A stretch of 64,000 bases of DNA from an uncultured Actinomycetota bacterium (GTDB lineage: Bacteria > Actinomycetota > Actinomycetes > Mycobacteriales > Mycobacteriaceae), in the NCBI GenBank assembly GCA_963720345.1, contig CAVRFN010000043.1:58658-122657 (forward strand), written 5' to 3'. How positions within the stretch are numbered: position 1 is the first letter of the stretch; each line of letters opens with the position of its first letter. Position numbers and translations under genes: made by a program. The notes under the pieces were generated by a model. The model ran no database searches. It saw only the letters and a list, made by a program, of their open reading frames with translations, and was not told where the DNA came from. Shown piece after piece: positions 1 through 10,685 of this stretch.

Positions 1-1
1 G

Positions 2-643
2 ACGCCGATGATGGAGGCGCACGGCGGCGAGGGGGTGCTGAATTTCTTCCGGTACATCGCCGACCGCAGCGACATCGCGCTCGGCATGTTCAACTCACCG
101 TCGTCGGGGTACGTGCTGACACCTGCCGAGGGTGCGCGGATCTACGACGAGATTCCAGCGGTGTGCGCGACCAAGGAAGGCGCATTCCGGCCCACGGCCA
201 GCCGGCAGCTACACAACCTCGCTCCCGACCTGACGATCTGGGAATGCGAGACGACGGTCTACCGCGCCGGCTGGCTTCGCGCCGGGATCGTCGGGCCCGC
301 GCAACTGGGCACCTCCGGCTATCTCTACGAAACCCCGCAACATCGGGTGTTCTCCGAATACTGGGAACTCGTGTGGAGCGACAAGCTGTCTGAGGCGATC
401 GACTACGCGGAGAAGTCGGGTATCGACCAGTTCACCGTCGACATAGGTGGGTGCTTTACGTGTTATCCGGGGCGACCGGACTATTTCACCCACTGGGGCG
501 GGGCGTTCAAGTACGCGGCGTCGGTGCTTGGCCTGCCCATCGGGTCGTACCCCCACTCGCGGCCGCCGCAGGCCGTACTGCCGGCGGATGCCAAGGCCCG
601 GATCGACGCGGCATATCAGCGGTTTGGGCTGGTCGGCGGCTGA
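2..643 (+). CDS. Dihydrodipicolinate synthase (class I aldolase) family protein, 5' end outside window
   Basis: FRYIADRSDIALGMFNSPSSGY...VCATKEG matches the C-terminal half of the DapA/NanA family, with Schiff-base Lys in ATKEG; ORF is open at the window edge. Confidence 0.75.
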   Translation, partial: TPMMEAHGGEGVLNFFRYIADRSDIALGMFNSPSSGYVLTPAEGARIYDEIPAVCATKEGAFRPTASRQLHNLAPDLTIWECETTVYRAGWLRAGIVGPAQLGTSGYLYETPQHRVFSEYWELVWSDKLSEAIDYAEKSGIDQFTVDIGGCFTCYPGRPDYFTHWGGAFKYAASVLGLPIGSYPHSRPPQAVLPADAKARIDAAYQRFGLVGG

Positions 644-677
644 GATGCTCTTCCGTGAGACTGTTGCGGAAGGTACT

Positions 678-694
678 ACCGATAGGTGTACAGT
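678..694. promoter_or_regulatory. Degenerate copy of the ACTGTAA-N3-TTACAGT operator
   Basis: ACCGATA-GGT-GTACAGT (10/14 match, T/A flanks), 44 bp upstream of the enoyl-CoA hydratase operon. Confidence 0.45.
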
Positions 695-738
695 AATGTG
701 CAAACATCCAGTTCGACACGCCTGAGGAGGGCTGACGG

Positions 739-1620
739 GTGAGCGTTGGAGACCGCGTCGCTGACCCCGTCGTCTCCGACCGGAGCGAACCGGTGCTTTA
801 CGAGGTCCTCGACACCGGCGTCGCGGTGCTGACGCTCAACCGGCCCGAACGGATGAACGGCTGGGGCGGCGGCCTGGCCACGACGTTCTACCTGCGCCTC
901 GACGACGCCGAGGCCGATCCCGACGTCCGCGCCATCGTGGTGACCGGTAAGGGCCGCGCCTTCTGCGCGGGGGCCGACATGGGCGACCTCACGTCGATCA
1001 GCGCCGCCACCGTCGATGCCGCGGCGGACACAGACGTCGGCAAGCTGGTCGGTGCACGTCATCCGCACTTCGCGACCACGATGCGCAAACCCGTCATCGC
1101 GGCAATCAACGGCGCCTGCGCCGGTATGGGCATGACCATGGCATTGATGTGCGACGTCCGGTTCGCTGCCGACGGCGCGAAATTCACCACATCGTTCGCC
1201 CGCCGCGGCCTGATCGCGGAGTACGGGATCTCGTGGATCCTGCCGCGCATCGTCGGCCAGGGTGTCGCGCTCGACCTGCTGCTTTCGGGCAGGGTGTTCC
1301 TTGCCGACGAGGCGCAGCGACTGGGTCTGGTCAAAGAGGTCGTGGCACCCGAGGAGCTGCTTCCCCGCGCGATCGCCTACGCCGAGGACATCGCCGCCAA
1401 TTGCGCGCCCAGCTCGCTGGCGGTGATCAAGCAACAGGTGTACGCAGACACCATGCGCGATGTCTTCGATGCCAGCGACGATGCCGAAAAGCTGATGCAC
1501 GAATCCATGCAGCGCCCCGACTTCATCGAAGGCATCACGAGCTTCTTCGAAAAGCGTCAGCCCAACTTCCCGCCGGCCCAAGGACCAGCCCAAGGATCTT
1601 CGAAAGGACAGGAATCGTGA
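739..1620 (+). CDS. Enoyl-CoA hydratase/crotonase family protein
   Basis: TLNRPERMN, AFCAGADM, KPVIAAINGACAGMG crotonase motifs; GAGGAGG RBS. Confidence 0.92.
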   Translation: MSVGDRVADPVVSDRSEPVLYEVLDTGVAVLTLNRPERMNGWGGGLATTFYLRLDDAEADPDVRAIVVTGKGRAFCAGADMGDLTSISAATVDAAADTDVGKLVGARHPHFATTMRKPVIAAINGACAGMGMTMALMCDVRFAADGAKFTTSFARRGLIAEYGISWILPRIVGQGVALDLLLSGRVFLADEAQRLGLVKEVVAPEELLPRAIAYAEDIAANCAPSSLAVIKQQVYADTMRDVFDASDDAEKLMHESMQRPDFIEGITSFFEKRQPNFPPAQGPAQGSSKGQES

Positions 1621-2825
1621 CCCTGGACTACATGGCCATCGACGTCGACAACCACTACTACGAGACGATCGACTCGTGCACCCGCCACCTGCCCAAGGAG
1701 TTCAAGCGCCGCGGCGTGCAGATGCTCAACGAGGGCAAGCGCACGTTCGCCGTCATGGGTGGCGTGGTCAACCACTTCATCCCGAATCCGACGTTCGACC
1801 CGATCATCGAACCCGGTTGCCTTGATCTGCTGTTCCGCGGTGAAATTCCCGAGGGCGTGGACCCGGCTTCGCTGATGAAGGTCGACCGGCTGCCCGACCA
1901 TCCCGAGTACCAGAATCGCGATGCCCGGCTGAAGATTCTCGACAAGCAGAACCTCGAAACCGTGTTCATGCTGCCGACTTTCGCGTGCGGTGTCGAGGAG
2001 GCGCTCAAGCACGACATCGAGGCGACCATGGCGACGGTGCACGCGTTCAATCTGTGGCTGGACGAAGACTGGGGCTTCGACCGTCCCGACCACCGGTTCC
2101 TGTCGGCGCCGATCATCTCGCTGGCCGATCCGGACAAGGCCGTCGAGGAGGTCGAGTTCGTCCTGACTCGCGGCGCCAAGAACGTGTGTGTGCGGCCTGC
2201 GCCCGTCCCAGGTCGTGTCAAGCCGCGCTCACTGGGCGATCCGTTGCACGATCCGGTGTGGGCCCGGCTGGCCGAGGCCGGCGTTCCGGTGATCTTCCAC
2301 CTGTCCGACAGCGGCTATCTCGCGATCGCGGCATTGTGGGGCGGCAAGGCCACCTTCGAGGGATTCGGCAAGAAGGATCCGCTCGATCAGGTGCTGCTCG
2401 ACGACCGCGCCATCCACGACACGATGGCATCGATGATCGTGCACCAGGTCTTCACCCGGCATCCGAAGTTGAAGGTCGCGAGCATCGAGAACGGCTCCTA
2501 CTTCGTCTACCGCTTGATCAAGCGGCTCAAGAAGGCCGCCAACACCGCGCCGTACCACTTCAAAGAGGACCCGGTCGAGCAGCTGAGAAACAACGTGTGG
2601 ATCGCGCCGTACTACGAGGACGACGTCAAGCTGCTCGCCGCGACGATCGGCGTCGACAAGATCCTGTTCGGTTCGGACTGGCCCCACGGCGAGGGCCTGG
2701 CCGATCCGATGACGTTCACCGCCGATATCCCGCAGTTCCCCGAGTTCAGCTACGAGGACACCCGGAAGGTCATGCGCGACAACGCACTCGAGCTGCTGGG
2801 TGCGAACGTAACGGCGTCCGCCTAA
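1617..2825 (+). CDS. Amidohydrolase-2 fold protein, candidate dinuclear metal oxygenase
   Basis: GTG overlaps the upstream TGA; DVDNHYYE, FHLSD, SIENGS, FGSDWPHGEG motifs. Confidence 0.85.
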   Translation: MTLDYMAIDVDNHYYETIDSCTRHLPKEFKRRGVQMLNEGKRTFAVMGGVVNHFIPNPTFDPIIEPGCLDLLFRGEIPEGVDPASLMKVDRLPDHPEYQNRDARLKILDKQNLETVFMLPTFACGVEEALKHDIEATMATVHAFNLWLDEDWGFDRPDHRFLSAPIISLADPDKAVEEVEFVLTRGAKNVCVRPAPVPGRVKPRSLGDPLHDPVWARLAEAGVPVIFHLSDSGYLAIAALWGGKATFEGFGKKDPLDQVLLDDRAIHDTMASMIVHQVFTRHPKLKVASIENGSYFVYRLIKRLKKAANTAPYHFKEDPVEQLRNNVWIAPYYEDDVKLLAATIGVDKILFGSDWPHGEGLADPMTFTADIPQFPEFSYEDTRKVMRDNALELLGANVTASA

Positions 2826-2827
2826 TC

Positions 2828-4454
2828 ATGGGCGAATGGACCATCGGGGCGGTGCTCGACGCGATCGCCGAAGCCGTTCCCGACCGGCTGATGACCGTCT
2901 GCGGCACGCGCCGCAGCACGTTCGGGGAGTCGGCGGAGCGGACCCGCCGACTGGCCAATTACCTTGCCGGGCAGGGGTTGGGCGCGCACCGGGAACGAGA
3001 TGACCTCGCGAACTGGGAATGCGGACAGGATCGCGTGGCACTCATCATGCACAACGATCTCTATCCCGACATGGTCATCGGTTCGCTGAAGGCGCGAACC
3101 GTGCCGGTCAACGTCAACTACAACTACGCCCCGCGCGAGGTGGCCGAACTTCTGGAATACCTGCAGCCGCGGGCGGTGATCTACCACCGCTCATTCGGGC
3201 CCAAGTTCGCCGACGTGCTGCCGCCCGCCGCCGCGGACCTGATGATCTCGGTCGACGACGACAGCTCGGCACCGCAGTTGCCGGGTGCCATCAGCTTGGA
3301 AGATGCTCTGGCGCAAGGAGATACCGATCACGACATCGCGGCGTCACCCGACGATGTGATGATGGTGTGCACCGGTGGGACCACCGGCCGCCCCAAAGGG
3401 GTCATGTGGCGGCAGAGCGACACGTACGTGGTGTCCATGAACGGCGCCGACCACGAATCCGTCGACGAGATCCACGCCAAGCTCGGATTCGAAGGTGCAG
3501 CCGTGGTTCGCCGTGTCTCCGCTGATGCACGCCGCGGGTATGTGGACGGCCTTCGCGGGTCTGCTCAATGGACTGCCGATCGTCCTCTACGACAAGACGC
3601 GTTTCGACCCTTGTGCGGTGCTCGAGACGGCGGCGCGTGAAAAGGTCGGGATGATGACGATGGTCGGTGACGCCTACGCGGCACCGCTGGTCGAGGAACT
3701 GCGCAGCGGTTCCTACGACCTGTCGTCGATGTACGCGATCGGCACCGGCGGAGCGGCGACCAACCCGAAACACCAACGTGCGCTTCTCGAATTGCTGCCC
3801 CAGATCACCCTGATCAACGGCTACGGATCCTCGGAGACGGGCAACGTCGGCTTCGGTCGCAGCCAGCACGGAGAGCAGAAGGACACGTTCGAACTGCGGG
3901 AAGGCGCGCTGGTCCTGTCGGAGAACTACAGCCGTTTCCTGCAACCGGGGGAGCAGGAGGTCGGCTTCGTCGCCCGCGCCGGACGCATCCCGCTCGGCTA
4001 CTTCGACGACGAGGCCGCCACCCGCAAGACGTTTCCCGTCGTCGAGGGGCAGCGTGTGGTGATCTCCGGCGACCGTGGCTCGCTGGCTCCCGATGGCACG
4101 CTCCAGTTGTTCGGACGGGATTCGCTCGTCGTCAACACCGGGGGCGAGAAGGTCTTCGTCGAAGAGGTCGAAGAAGTGTTGCGCGCATACGCCGGTGTGG
4201 CCGACGCGCTGGTGGTCGGGCGGCCGAGTGAGCGATGGGGCGAAGAGCTCGTCGCCCTGGTGGCATTGCAGCCCGGCATGGAAGGCGCAGCCGTCACCTC
4301 CGATTTATTGCACGGCCAGTGCACATCGCAACTCGCGCGGTTCAAGGCGCCGAAGGAGTTCATCATCGTCGATCAGGTGCGCCGACTCGGGAACGGCAAA
4401 CCGGACTATCGCTGGGCGAAAACCACTGCGGTGCAAGAGGCGTCACTGACATGA
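2828..4454 (+). CDS. Acyl-CoA synthetase (FadD19-like), frameshift near 3495
   Basis: CTGGTTGRPKG AMP-binding loop in one frame; GYGSSETG, GRDS..NTGGEK, GKPDY in the next frame. Confidence 0.88.
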
Positions 4455-5288
4455 CCCCGAAAGCCATTGATTGCCTGGTCAACGTGCACTTCGGCGAGAC
4501 CGAGAAGCAACCCGAGTTCATGCTCAAGGTGCGCGACGACTACTTCAAGGGACCGCAGTCGCTCTACGACCAGGTCGAGCTGCCGCAGTTGCTCGAGGAG
4601 ATGGACGAGCGCGGTGTCGAGAAGGCCATCCTGATGGACAACCTGACCAAGCCGTCGGTGACGGCGCGCAAGTTCGTCGATCAACGCCCCGATAAGTTCG
4701 CACTCGCGATGGGCGGTGTCAACCTGCTGCGGCCGATGCCGTCCCTGCGGGAACTCAGCGCCATCGTGCGCGACCTGCCGGTGGCGTATACCGCGGTGGG
4801 GCCGAGCTTTTGGGGTGATGGTCAATACCCGCCGAGTGACGCCGTCTACTATCCGCTCTACACCAAATGCGCGGAAATCGGGCTGCCGCTGTGCATCAAC
4901 ACCGGCCTGCCGGGCCCGCCGATCCCGGGCGAGGCGCAGAACCCGATCCACCTCGACCGGGTCTGCGTGCGATTCCCGGAACTGAAGCTCTGCATGATTC
5001 ACGGGGCGGACCCGTGGTGGGACGTCGCGATCCGACTGATGATCAAGTACAAGAATCTGCGGCTGATGACATCGGCGTGGTCGCCGAAGCGGCTGCCGGA
5101 CAGCCTTTTGCACTACATGCGCACCCGCGGACCCGACAAGGTGATCTTCGCCTCGGACTGGCCGGTGCTGAGGATGCATCGCGTGGTGCCCGAGGCTGCT
5201 GGCGCTGGACCTGCCGGCCGAGGTGCTGGAGAACTACCTCTACAACAATGCACAGGATTTCTTCTTCGGGCCCCGAGAGGAGCAGTGA
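4451..5288 (+). CDS. Amidohydrolase-2 family protein (CouO-like beta-ketoacyl-CoA hydrolase type), frameshift near 5200
   Basis: ATGA overlap; HGADPW, SAWSPKRLP, KVIFASDWP; C-terminus ...NYLYNNAQDFF* in shifted frame. Confidence 0.8.
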
Positions 5289-5290
5289 CG

Positions 5291-6329
5291 ATGGACCGTT
5301 ACGAACTGCGGAGGCTGGACTACAGCCTGTCCGAGGACCACCAGGCCATACAGTCCGCGTATCGGGAGTTCTTCAAGACACACTGCCCGATCGAAACCGT
5401 CCGCGCCGCCGAGGAATCCGGCTTCGACAAGAGTCTGTGGGAACGGTTGTGCGCCATGGGTGCAACCAGCATGGCGTTGCCCGAGTCCAGCGGAGGTGAC
5501 GGCGCCACACTCGTCGATCTGACGCTGGTGGCCGAGGAACTCGGCCGCGTGCTTGCCCCGGTCCCGTGGATCGACCACGTCTGTGCGGCGCGACTGCTGG
5601 CACGGCTCGGCACGGCCGAGGCGGACGTCGTCAACGGTAAGCAGCTGATCGCGCTCGATCCCCGACAGGACAACGTGTCCGGGGTTCGCCTGATCCCGAC
5701 GGGATCGATCGCCGACCACATCATCGTGCGCGACGGTGACGACGTCGTGCGACTGACGTTCGGGACCCGACCGGCCAAGGTGGACAACATCGGCAAGCTG
5801 CCGATGGCATGGGTCGATCCCGCGGCCGCCGACGACCGCACCGTGCTGGGCAGCGGCCCGGAGGCGTTGGCCGAATATCAACGCGCACTGGATGAATGGC
5901 GCGGTGCTGACCGCCGCAGCACTGGTCGGCCTCGTCGAGGAGACGATGACCATCGCCGCCGAGTTCGCCAAGTCCCGCTACACACTCGGCGTTCCGATCT
6001 CGACGTTGCAGGGCATCTCGCATCCCTTGGCCAACATCGCGATCACCGTGCAGGGCGGACGCAACCTGGCGCGGCGGGCAGCGTGGTTCCTCGACAACGA
6101 GCCCGACGAGCGTCCGGAGCTGGCGCCTTCGGCGTTCGTGTTCATGGCCGAAGAAGCGTCGAAGGCGGCGACGATGGCGGTGCACGTCCAAGGCGGCCTC
6201 GGCGTTTCGGCAGAGGCCGCGGCGACCGCCTATCTGGTGCGAGCCCGCGGATGGTCGCTGGCCGGTGGGGACCCCGGTGTCACCGCCAAGTACGTCGCCG
6301 AGATCGTCGTCGCACGGGAAAGCAGGTAA
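5291..6329 (+). CDS. Acyl-CoA dehydrogenase, short subunit of a probable alpha2beta2 pair, frameshift near 5900
   Basis: LPESSGGDGATLVDLTLVAEELGR; AEFAKSRYTLGVPISTLQGISHPLA; VHVQGGLGVS. Confidence 0.85.
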
Positions 6330-6337
6330 GGGCCGCA

Positions 6338-7531
6338 ATGGATTTCTCACGGGTCGAACTCTCCGACGACGATCAGGCGTTCCTCGACGAGACGCGCGAC
6401 TTCCTGCGCACCCACGTCACCGACGAGGTGCTTCGCCGTGATCGTGAGACCGGCGACAACTTCGACGAGGGCGTTCACTTGGCGCTCGGCGAAGCGGGTT
6501 ACCTGGAGAAGGAGTGGAAGCCGGAATCCGAAGGCGGCTTCGATCGTCTCCGGGCCCGAATCTGGGCACTCGAGAAGCGACGCGCCCACGTGCCGTGGGT
6601 AACCTCGGGCACCACCGCCATGATCGCGCGGTCCGTGGAGAAGTTCGGATCGCCCGAACTGAAAGCCGAAGTGATGCCGCTGGTGTACAGCGGTCACGCT
6701 CGCCTGTGCCTGGGCTACACCGAACCCGAGGGCGGTTCCGACGTCGCCACCTGCAAGACCCGCGCGGTGCGTGACGGCGACGGTTGGGTGATCAACGGGT
6801 CGAAGATGTTCACCACCGGCGCGCACAATTGCCAGTACGTCTTCCTGATCACCAACACCGATCCCGCGGCGCCAAAACACAAGAGCCTGACCATGTTTCT
6901 CGTCCCGCTCGACACGCCGGGCATCGAGATCCAGGGCGTCCGCACCGTCGACGGCGACCGCACCAACATCGTCTACTACAGCGATGTGCGCGTCGACGAC
7001 AAGTACCGGCTCGGAGAGGTGAACGACGGCTGGACCGTCGTGCGCGAACCCCTCAACGTCGAGCACGGTGCGGTGGAAGCCGCGCAGGACGGACTGCAGG
7101 ATGTGTCGATCATGATGCATCAGGCCGGATTCATGGCCACCGCGGTCGACAAGGCGGCCGCCAAGGTCGCCGAGACGGGCCCCGACGGCCGCCGCCTGAT
7201 CGACGACGGCTCGGTCGCATACCGGCTCGGGCGAAGCGTCGCCCGAATGGAGGCATCGCTGAGCGCGCCGAGCATCTTCGGCCGCGTCGCCCTCGCCCAG
7301 ACGATGCGCGACATCTCGCCGGATCTGATGGACATCCTGGGTACGGCCGCGTTGCTGCCGATCGGTACCGACGGGGCGGCCGATGACGGGGCCGCCGAGT
7401 ACGTCTACCGGTTCGCGCCGTTGGTCGGTATCTACGGCGGCACCCTCGAGGTGTTCCGAAACATGATCGCGCAGTACATGCTTGGCCTCGGAAAGCCGGC
7501 ATACGCACCGGTCGTCAAGAAGGCCTCGTAG
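6338..7531 (+). CDS. Acyl-CoA dehydrogenase (FadE26/FadE29-like catalytic subunit)
   Basis: CLGYTEPEGGSDVA, INGSKMFTT, IYGGTLEVFRNMIA motifs. Confidence 0.92.
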   Translation: MDFSRVELSDDDQAFLDETRDFLRTHVTDEVLRRDRETGDNFDEGVHLALGEAGYLEKEWKPESEGGFDRLRARIWALEKRRAHVPWVTSGTTAMIARSVEKFGSPELKAEVMPLVYSGHARLCLGYTEPEGGSDVATCKTRAVRDGDGWVINGSKMFTTGAHNCQYVFLITNTDPAAPKHKSLTMFLVPLDTPGIEIQGVRTVDGDRTNIVYYSDVRVDDKYRLGEVNDGWTVVREPLNVEHGAVEAAQDGLQDVSIMMHQAGFMATAVDKAAAKVAETGPDGRRLIDDGSVAYRLGRSVARMEASLSAPSIFGRVALAQTMRDISPDLMDILGTAALLPIGTDGAADDGAAEYVYRFAPLVGIYGGTLEVFRNMIAQYMLGLGKPAYAPVVKKAS

Positions 7532-7532
7532 T

Positions 7533-8578
7533 TTGACTTCTGCGAGCCGGCGTAAGGCCCTCGTCATGGGTGCGAGTGGCTTTGTCGGATCCCATGTCAC
7601 TCGAAAGCTCGCCGAGCGCGGCGACGACGTTCGGGTGTACCTCCGCAAGTCCAGCAAGACGATGGGTATCGACGACCTCGACGTCGAACGGTGCTACGGC
7701 GATCTGTACGACGAGGACGCCTTGCGCGCAGCGATGGCCGACCGCGATGTCGTTTACTACTGCGTGGTGGACACCCGCTTCCACCTGCGCGACCCGGCAC
7801 CCCTTTTCGAAACCAACGTCAACTGCTTGCAGCGGGTGCTCGATATCGCCACCGACGCCGATCTTCATCGCTTCGTGTTCTGCAGCACCATCGCAACGAT
7901 CGCCATCGGCGACGGCCGTACGCCGGTCGACCGAGGACGATGCCGTTCAACTGGCCGGGAAGTCGGCGGTCCTTACATCGAGTCGCGCCGTGCAGGCGGA
8001 GGAATTGGTGTTGCGGTATGCGCGCGAGCGAGCGCTGCCCGCCGTCGCGATGAATGTGTCCAACCCGTACGGTCCGCTGCGACTGGCAGCCGAACCCAGG
8101 GCCTGATGGTGCAATACTGGCTGCCCATGGGCAAGCTCCCGGTGTACCTCAACGGCGTGTTCACCGAAGTCGTGGGCATCGAAGACGTCGCAGACGCGTT
8201 CCTGCTTGCCGCGGAGACACGGCCGAGTCGGCGAGCGCTACATCATCTCCGAGAGCTACATGTCGATGCGGGAGATGTTCGACGACCGCGGCGACCGGGG
8301 TCGGTGCGCGAAGCCACCGCGCTTCGGCGTTCCGCTCGCCGTGGCGTATGTCTTCGCGGGGATCCTCGGGTATGGCGGGCCGGCTGCTGCGACGTGATCT
8401 TGCCGATCAATGTGACCGGGATTCGTCTTGCTGCACACCATGTCGCCTGCCGATCACGGTAAGGCGACGCGCGAACTCGGATGGCAGCCGCGTCCGGCCG
8501 CCGAGTCGCTACGAAAGGCCGCGCAGTTCTATGTCGAGCAGAAGGACCGGCAGGTCGCGGCCGAGGCTGCAGCGCTAG
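7533..8578 (+). CDS. Extended SDR / NAD-dependent epimerase-dehydratase (dihydroflavonol reductase/3beta-HSD-like), several frameshifts, 3' end approximate
   Basis: LVMGASGFVGSHV Rossmann motif, GDLYD, FVFCST, DHGKATRELGWQPRP spread over several frames. Confidence 0.75.
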
Positions 8579-8588
8579 CCCCGCTGGT

Positions 8589-9413
8589 TCACGACCGAAT
8601 GAACTCCAGCAGGTCGGGATTGATGACGTCGTGGTGGATGGTGAACGCGCCATGCGGGTAGCCGGGATAGGTCTTCAACGTTCCGTTCGGCAGTAGCTTG
8701 GCTGACAGGGGCCCGGAGTCGGCGTAGGGCACGATCTGGTCGTCGTCGCCGTGCATCACCAGAACCGGAATCGTGATCTTCTTCAGATCCTCGGTGAAGT
8801 CGGTCTGCGAGAACGCGACGATGCCGTCGTAATGCGCCTTGGCGCCGCCCATCATCCCTTGGCGCCACCAGTTCTGGATGACCGGCTCGGACGGTTTGGC
8901 GTCGGGCCGGTTGTATCCGTAGAACGGACCCGAAGCCAGCGAGTGGTAGAACTCGGACCGGTTGGCCGCCAGCTGGGCCTGAAAATCGTCGAACACTTCC
9001 TTCGGTAGGCCACCGGGATTCGCGTCGGTCTGCACCATCAGCGGCGGCACCGAGCTGATGAGCACGGCCTTGACGGCGCGGTCCTGGCCGTGGCGGGCGA
9101 GGAAATGCGCGACTTCGCCGCCGCCGGTCGAGTGGCCGATGTGCACAGCATCGTGCAGGTCGAGATGTTCGACGACCGCGGCGAGGTCGTCGGCGTAGTG
9201 GTCCATGTCGTGGCCGTCGCCGACCTGGGAGGACCGGCCGTGGCCGCGGCGGTCATGCGCGACGACGCGGAAGCCGTGCTGCAGGAAGAACAGCATCTGA
9301 GCGTCCCAGTCGTCGGCCGACAGCGGCCATCCGTGACTGAAGACGATCGGCTGACCCGAGCCCCAGTCCTTGAAGAAGATGTCGACGCCGTCGTTCGTCG
9401 TGATGGTGGGCAT
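8589..9413 (-). CDS. cpo: Non-heme chloroperoxidase-type alpha/beta hydrolase (perhydrolase)
   Basis: [33 protein letters not shown] nucleophile, [16 protein letters not shown]. Confidence 0.9.
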   Translation of the reverse strand: MPTITTNDGVDIFFKDWGSGQPIVFSHGWPLSADDWDAQMLFFLQHGFRVVAHDRRGHGRSSQVGDGHDMDHYADDLAAVVEHLDLHDAVHIGHSTGGGEVAHFLARHGQDRAVKAVLISSVPPLMVQTDANPGGLPKEVFDDFQAQLAANRSEFYHSLASGPFYGYNRPDAKPSEPVIQNWWRQGMMGGAKAHYDGIVAFSQTDFTEDLKKITIPVLVMHGDDDQIVPYADSGPLSAKLLPNGTLKTYPGYPHGAFTIHHDVINPDLLEFIRS

Positions 9414-9449
9414 GGGTCCAGCATGCCCGCGAACCGGCGATATGTCCGG

Positions 9450-10685
9450 TTAAACGTTCGACAGTGCGGGCGGCTTGACCGCGGCCGGATCCGGGTTGGC
9501 GATCGGCAGCCCATGAACCGCCGGGCGTTGTCGCCCATGAAGTCGTAGGTGCGCCGCACGTCCATGCCCTCGGCGTACTTCCAGAAGCCTTTCGGTTCGG
9601 CCAGCCCCTCGGGGTGCGGATAGTCCGAGCCGAACAGCACCTTGTCCCAGCCGACGGTGTTCACGACGTCGGAGACGCAGCCCTCCCAGAACGGGCTGAC
9701 CCAGATGTTGCGGCGGAAGACGTCGTGCGGGTGCTCGGGGAAGTTCTGCGGCATCTTCTTGTAGAGGTCCTCGAAGTCGTTGAACAACGGGAAGATCCAC
9801 GAGCTGCCGTTCTCGACGCTGGCGACGCGCAACTTCGGGAAGCGGGTCAGCGTGCCGTGGCAGATCAGGGCGGTGATCATGTCGGAGATCTCGCGGTGCC
9901 CCAGCACCATCCAGCGGAAGGCGCTCTGCGCCATGAAGTTCTGGGTGTACGGCGGCTCCCACTTGGCGACGTAATCGTCGAGCGGGGGATAGCTGGCGTG
10001 CAGCACGACCGGCAGTCCGGCGGCCTCGACGTCGCGCCAGAACGGGTCGAACTCCGGCAGCGCGGGTGACCGCCAGCCGCGGATACCATTCACCGGGCCG
10101 GGCTTGATCAGCGCGACCTTGACGTCGTTGGCGAGTAGATACTCCAGCTCGCGCTGGGCGCCGTCGACCTCGGAGAGGTTGATGATCGGCGTCGAGAAGA
10201 CGCGGTCGCTCGTAGTTGAACGTCCAGTGCTCGAGCATCCACTGGTTGAGCGCATGGATGATGGCCAGCGACAGCTCGGGATCGTCGGCGGTCGCATGCT
10301 CGATGAGGCTGGCCAGCGTCGGGTAGTTCAACGCCTCGACGACGCCCTGGCGGTCGAGTTCGGCGACGCGGTCGACGGGGTTGCGGGTCGCCGGCGGGCG
10401 CATCGATCGCCTGGCCCTGCATCTCGCGCAGGGTGAGCCCTCGGTGTTCTCGCCGGCGAAGAATTTCTCGTGCGCACCGGGCGCGGCGACACGCTCGAAC
10501 GTCGGGTTGGGGATGAAGTCGTTGACCCTGTTGTTGATCACGATCCGCGTGTGACGGCCGAACTGGCCGTATTGCACAGCCCGCGAGTACTTCTCGGGCA
10601 GGAACTTCGTCAGCGATTCCGGTGTCTCGTACATGTGCTGATCGGCGTCGAAGATCGGCGCCCCGGTGAACTGAGTCATGGTCAC
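9450..10685 (-). CDS. Amidohydrolase-2 fold protein, candidate dinuclear metal oxygenase; frameshifts
   Basis: DADQHMYE, LHASY, SVENGS, FGSDYPHPEG; pieces in 2-3 frames. Confidence 0.83.
   Translation of the reverse strand: MTMTQFTGAPIFDADQHMYETPESLTKFLPEKYSRAVQYGQFGRHTRIVINNRVNDFIPNPTFERVAAPGAHEKFFAGENTEGSPCARCRARRSMRPPATRNPVDRVAELDRQGVVEALNYPTLASLIEHATADDPELSLAIIHALNQWMLEHWTFNYERPRLLDADHQPLRGRRRPARAGVSTRQRRQGRADQARPGEWYPRLAVTRAAGVRPVLARRRGRRTAGRAARQLSPARRLRRQVGAAVHPELHGAERLPLDGAGAPRDLRHDHRPDLPRHADPLPEVARRQRRERQLVDLPVVQRLRGPLQEDAAELPRAPARRLPPQHLGQPVLGGLRLRRREHRRLGQGAVRLGLSAPRGAGRTERLLEVRRGHGRAAHLRLHGRQRPAVHGLPIANPDPAAVKPPALSNV

Noticed and set aside
650-672. CTTCCG/CGGAAG hairpin as a terminator
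   Set aside because: Short 6-bp stem with no U-tract; too weak to call
4235-7531. 1098-aa ORF suggesting an amidohydrolase-ACAD-ACAD fusion
   Set aside because: Contains out-of-frame junk between domains; each gene has its own stop (5288, 6329) and ATG (5291, 6338) once two indels are allowed
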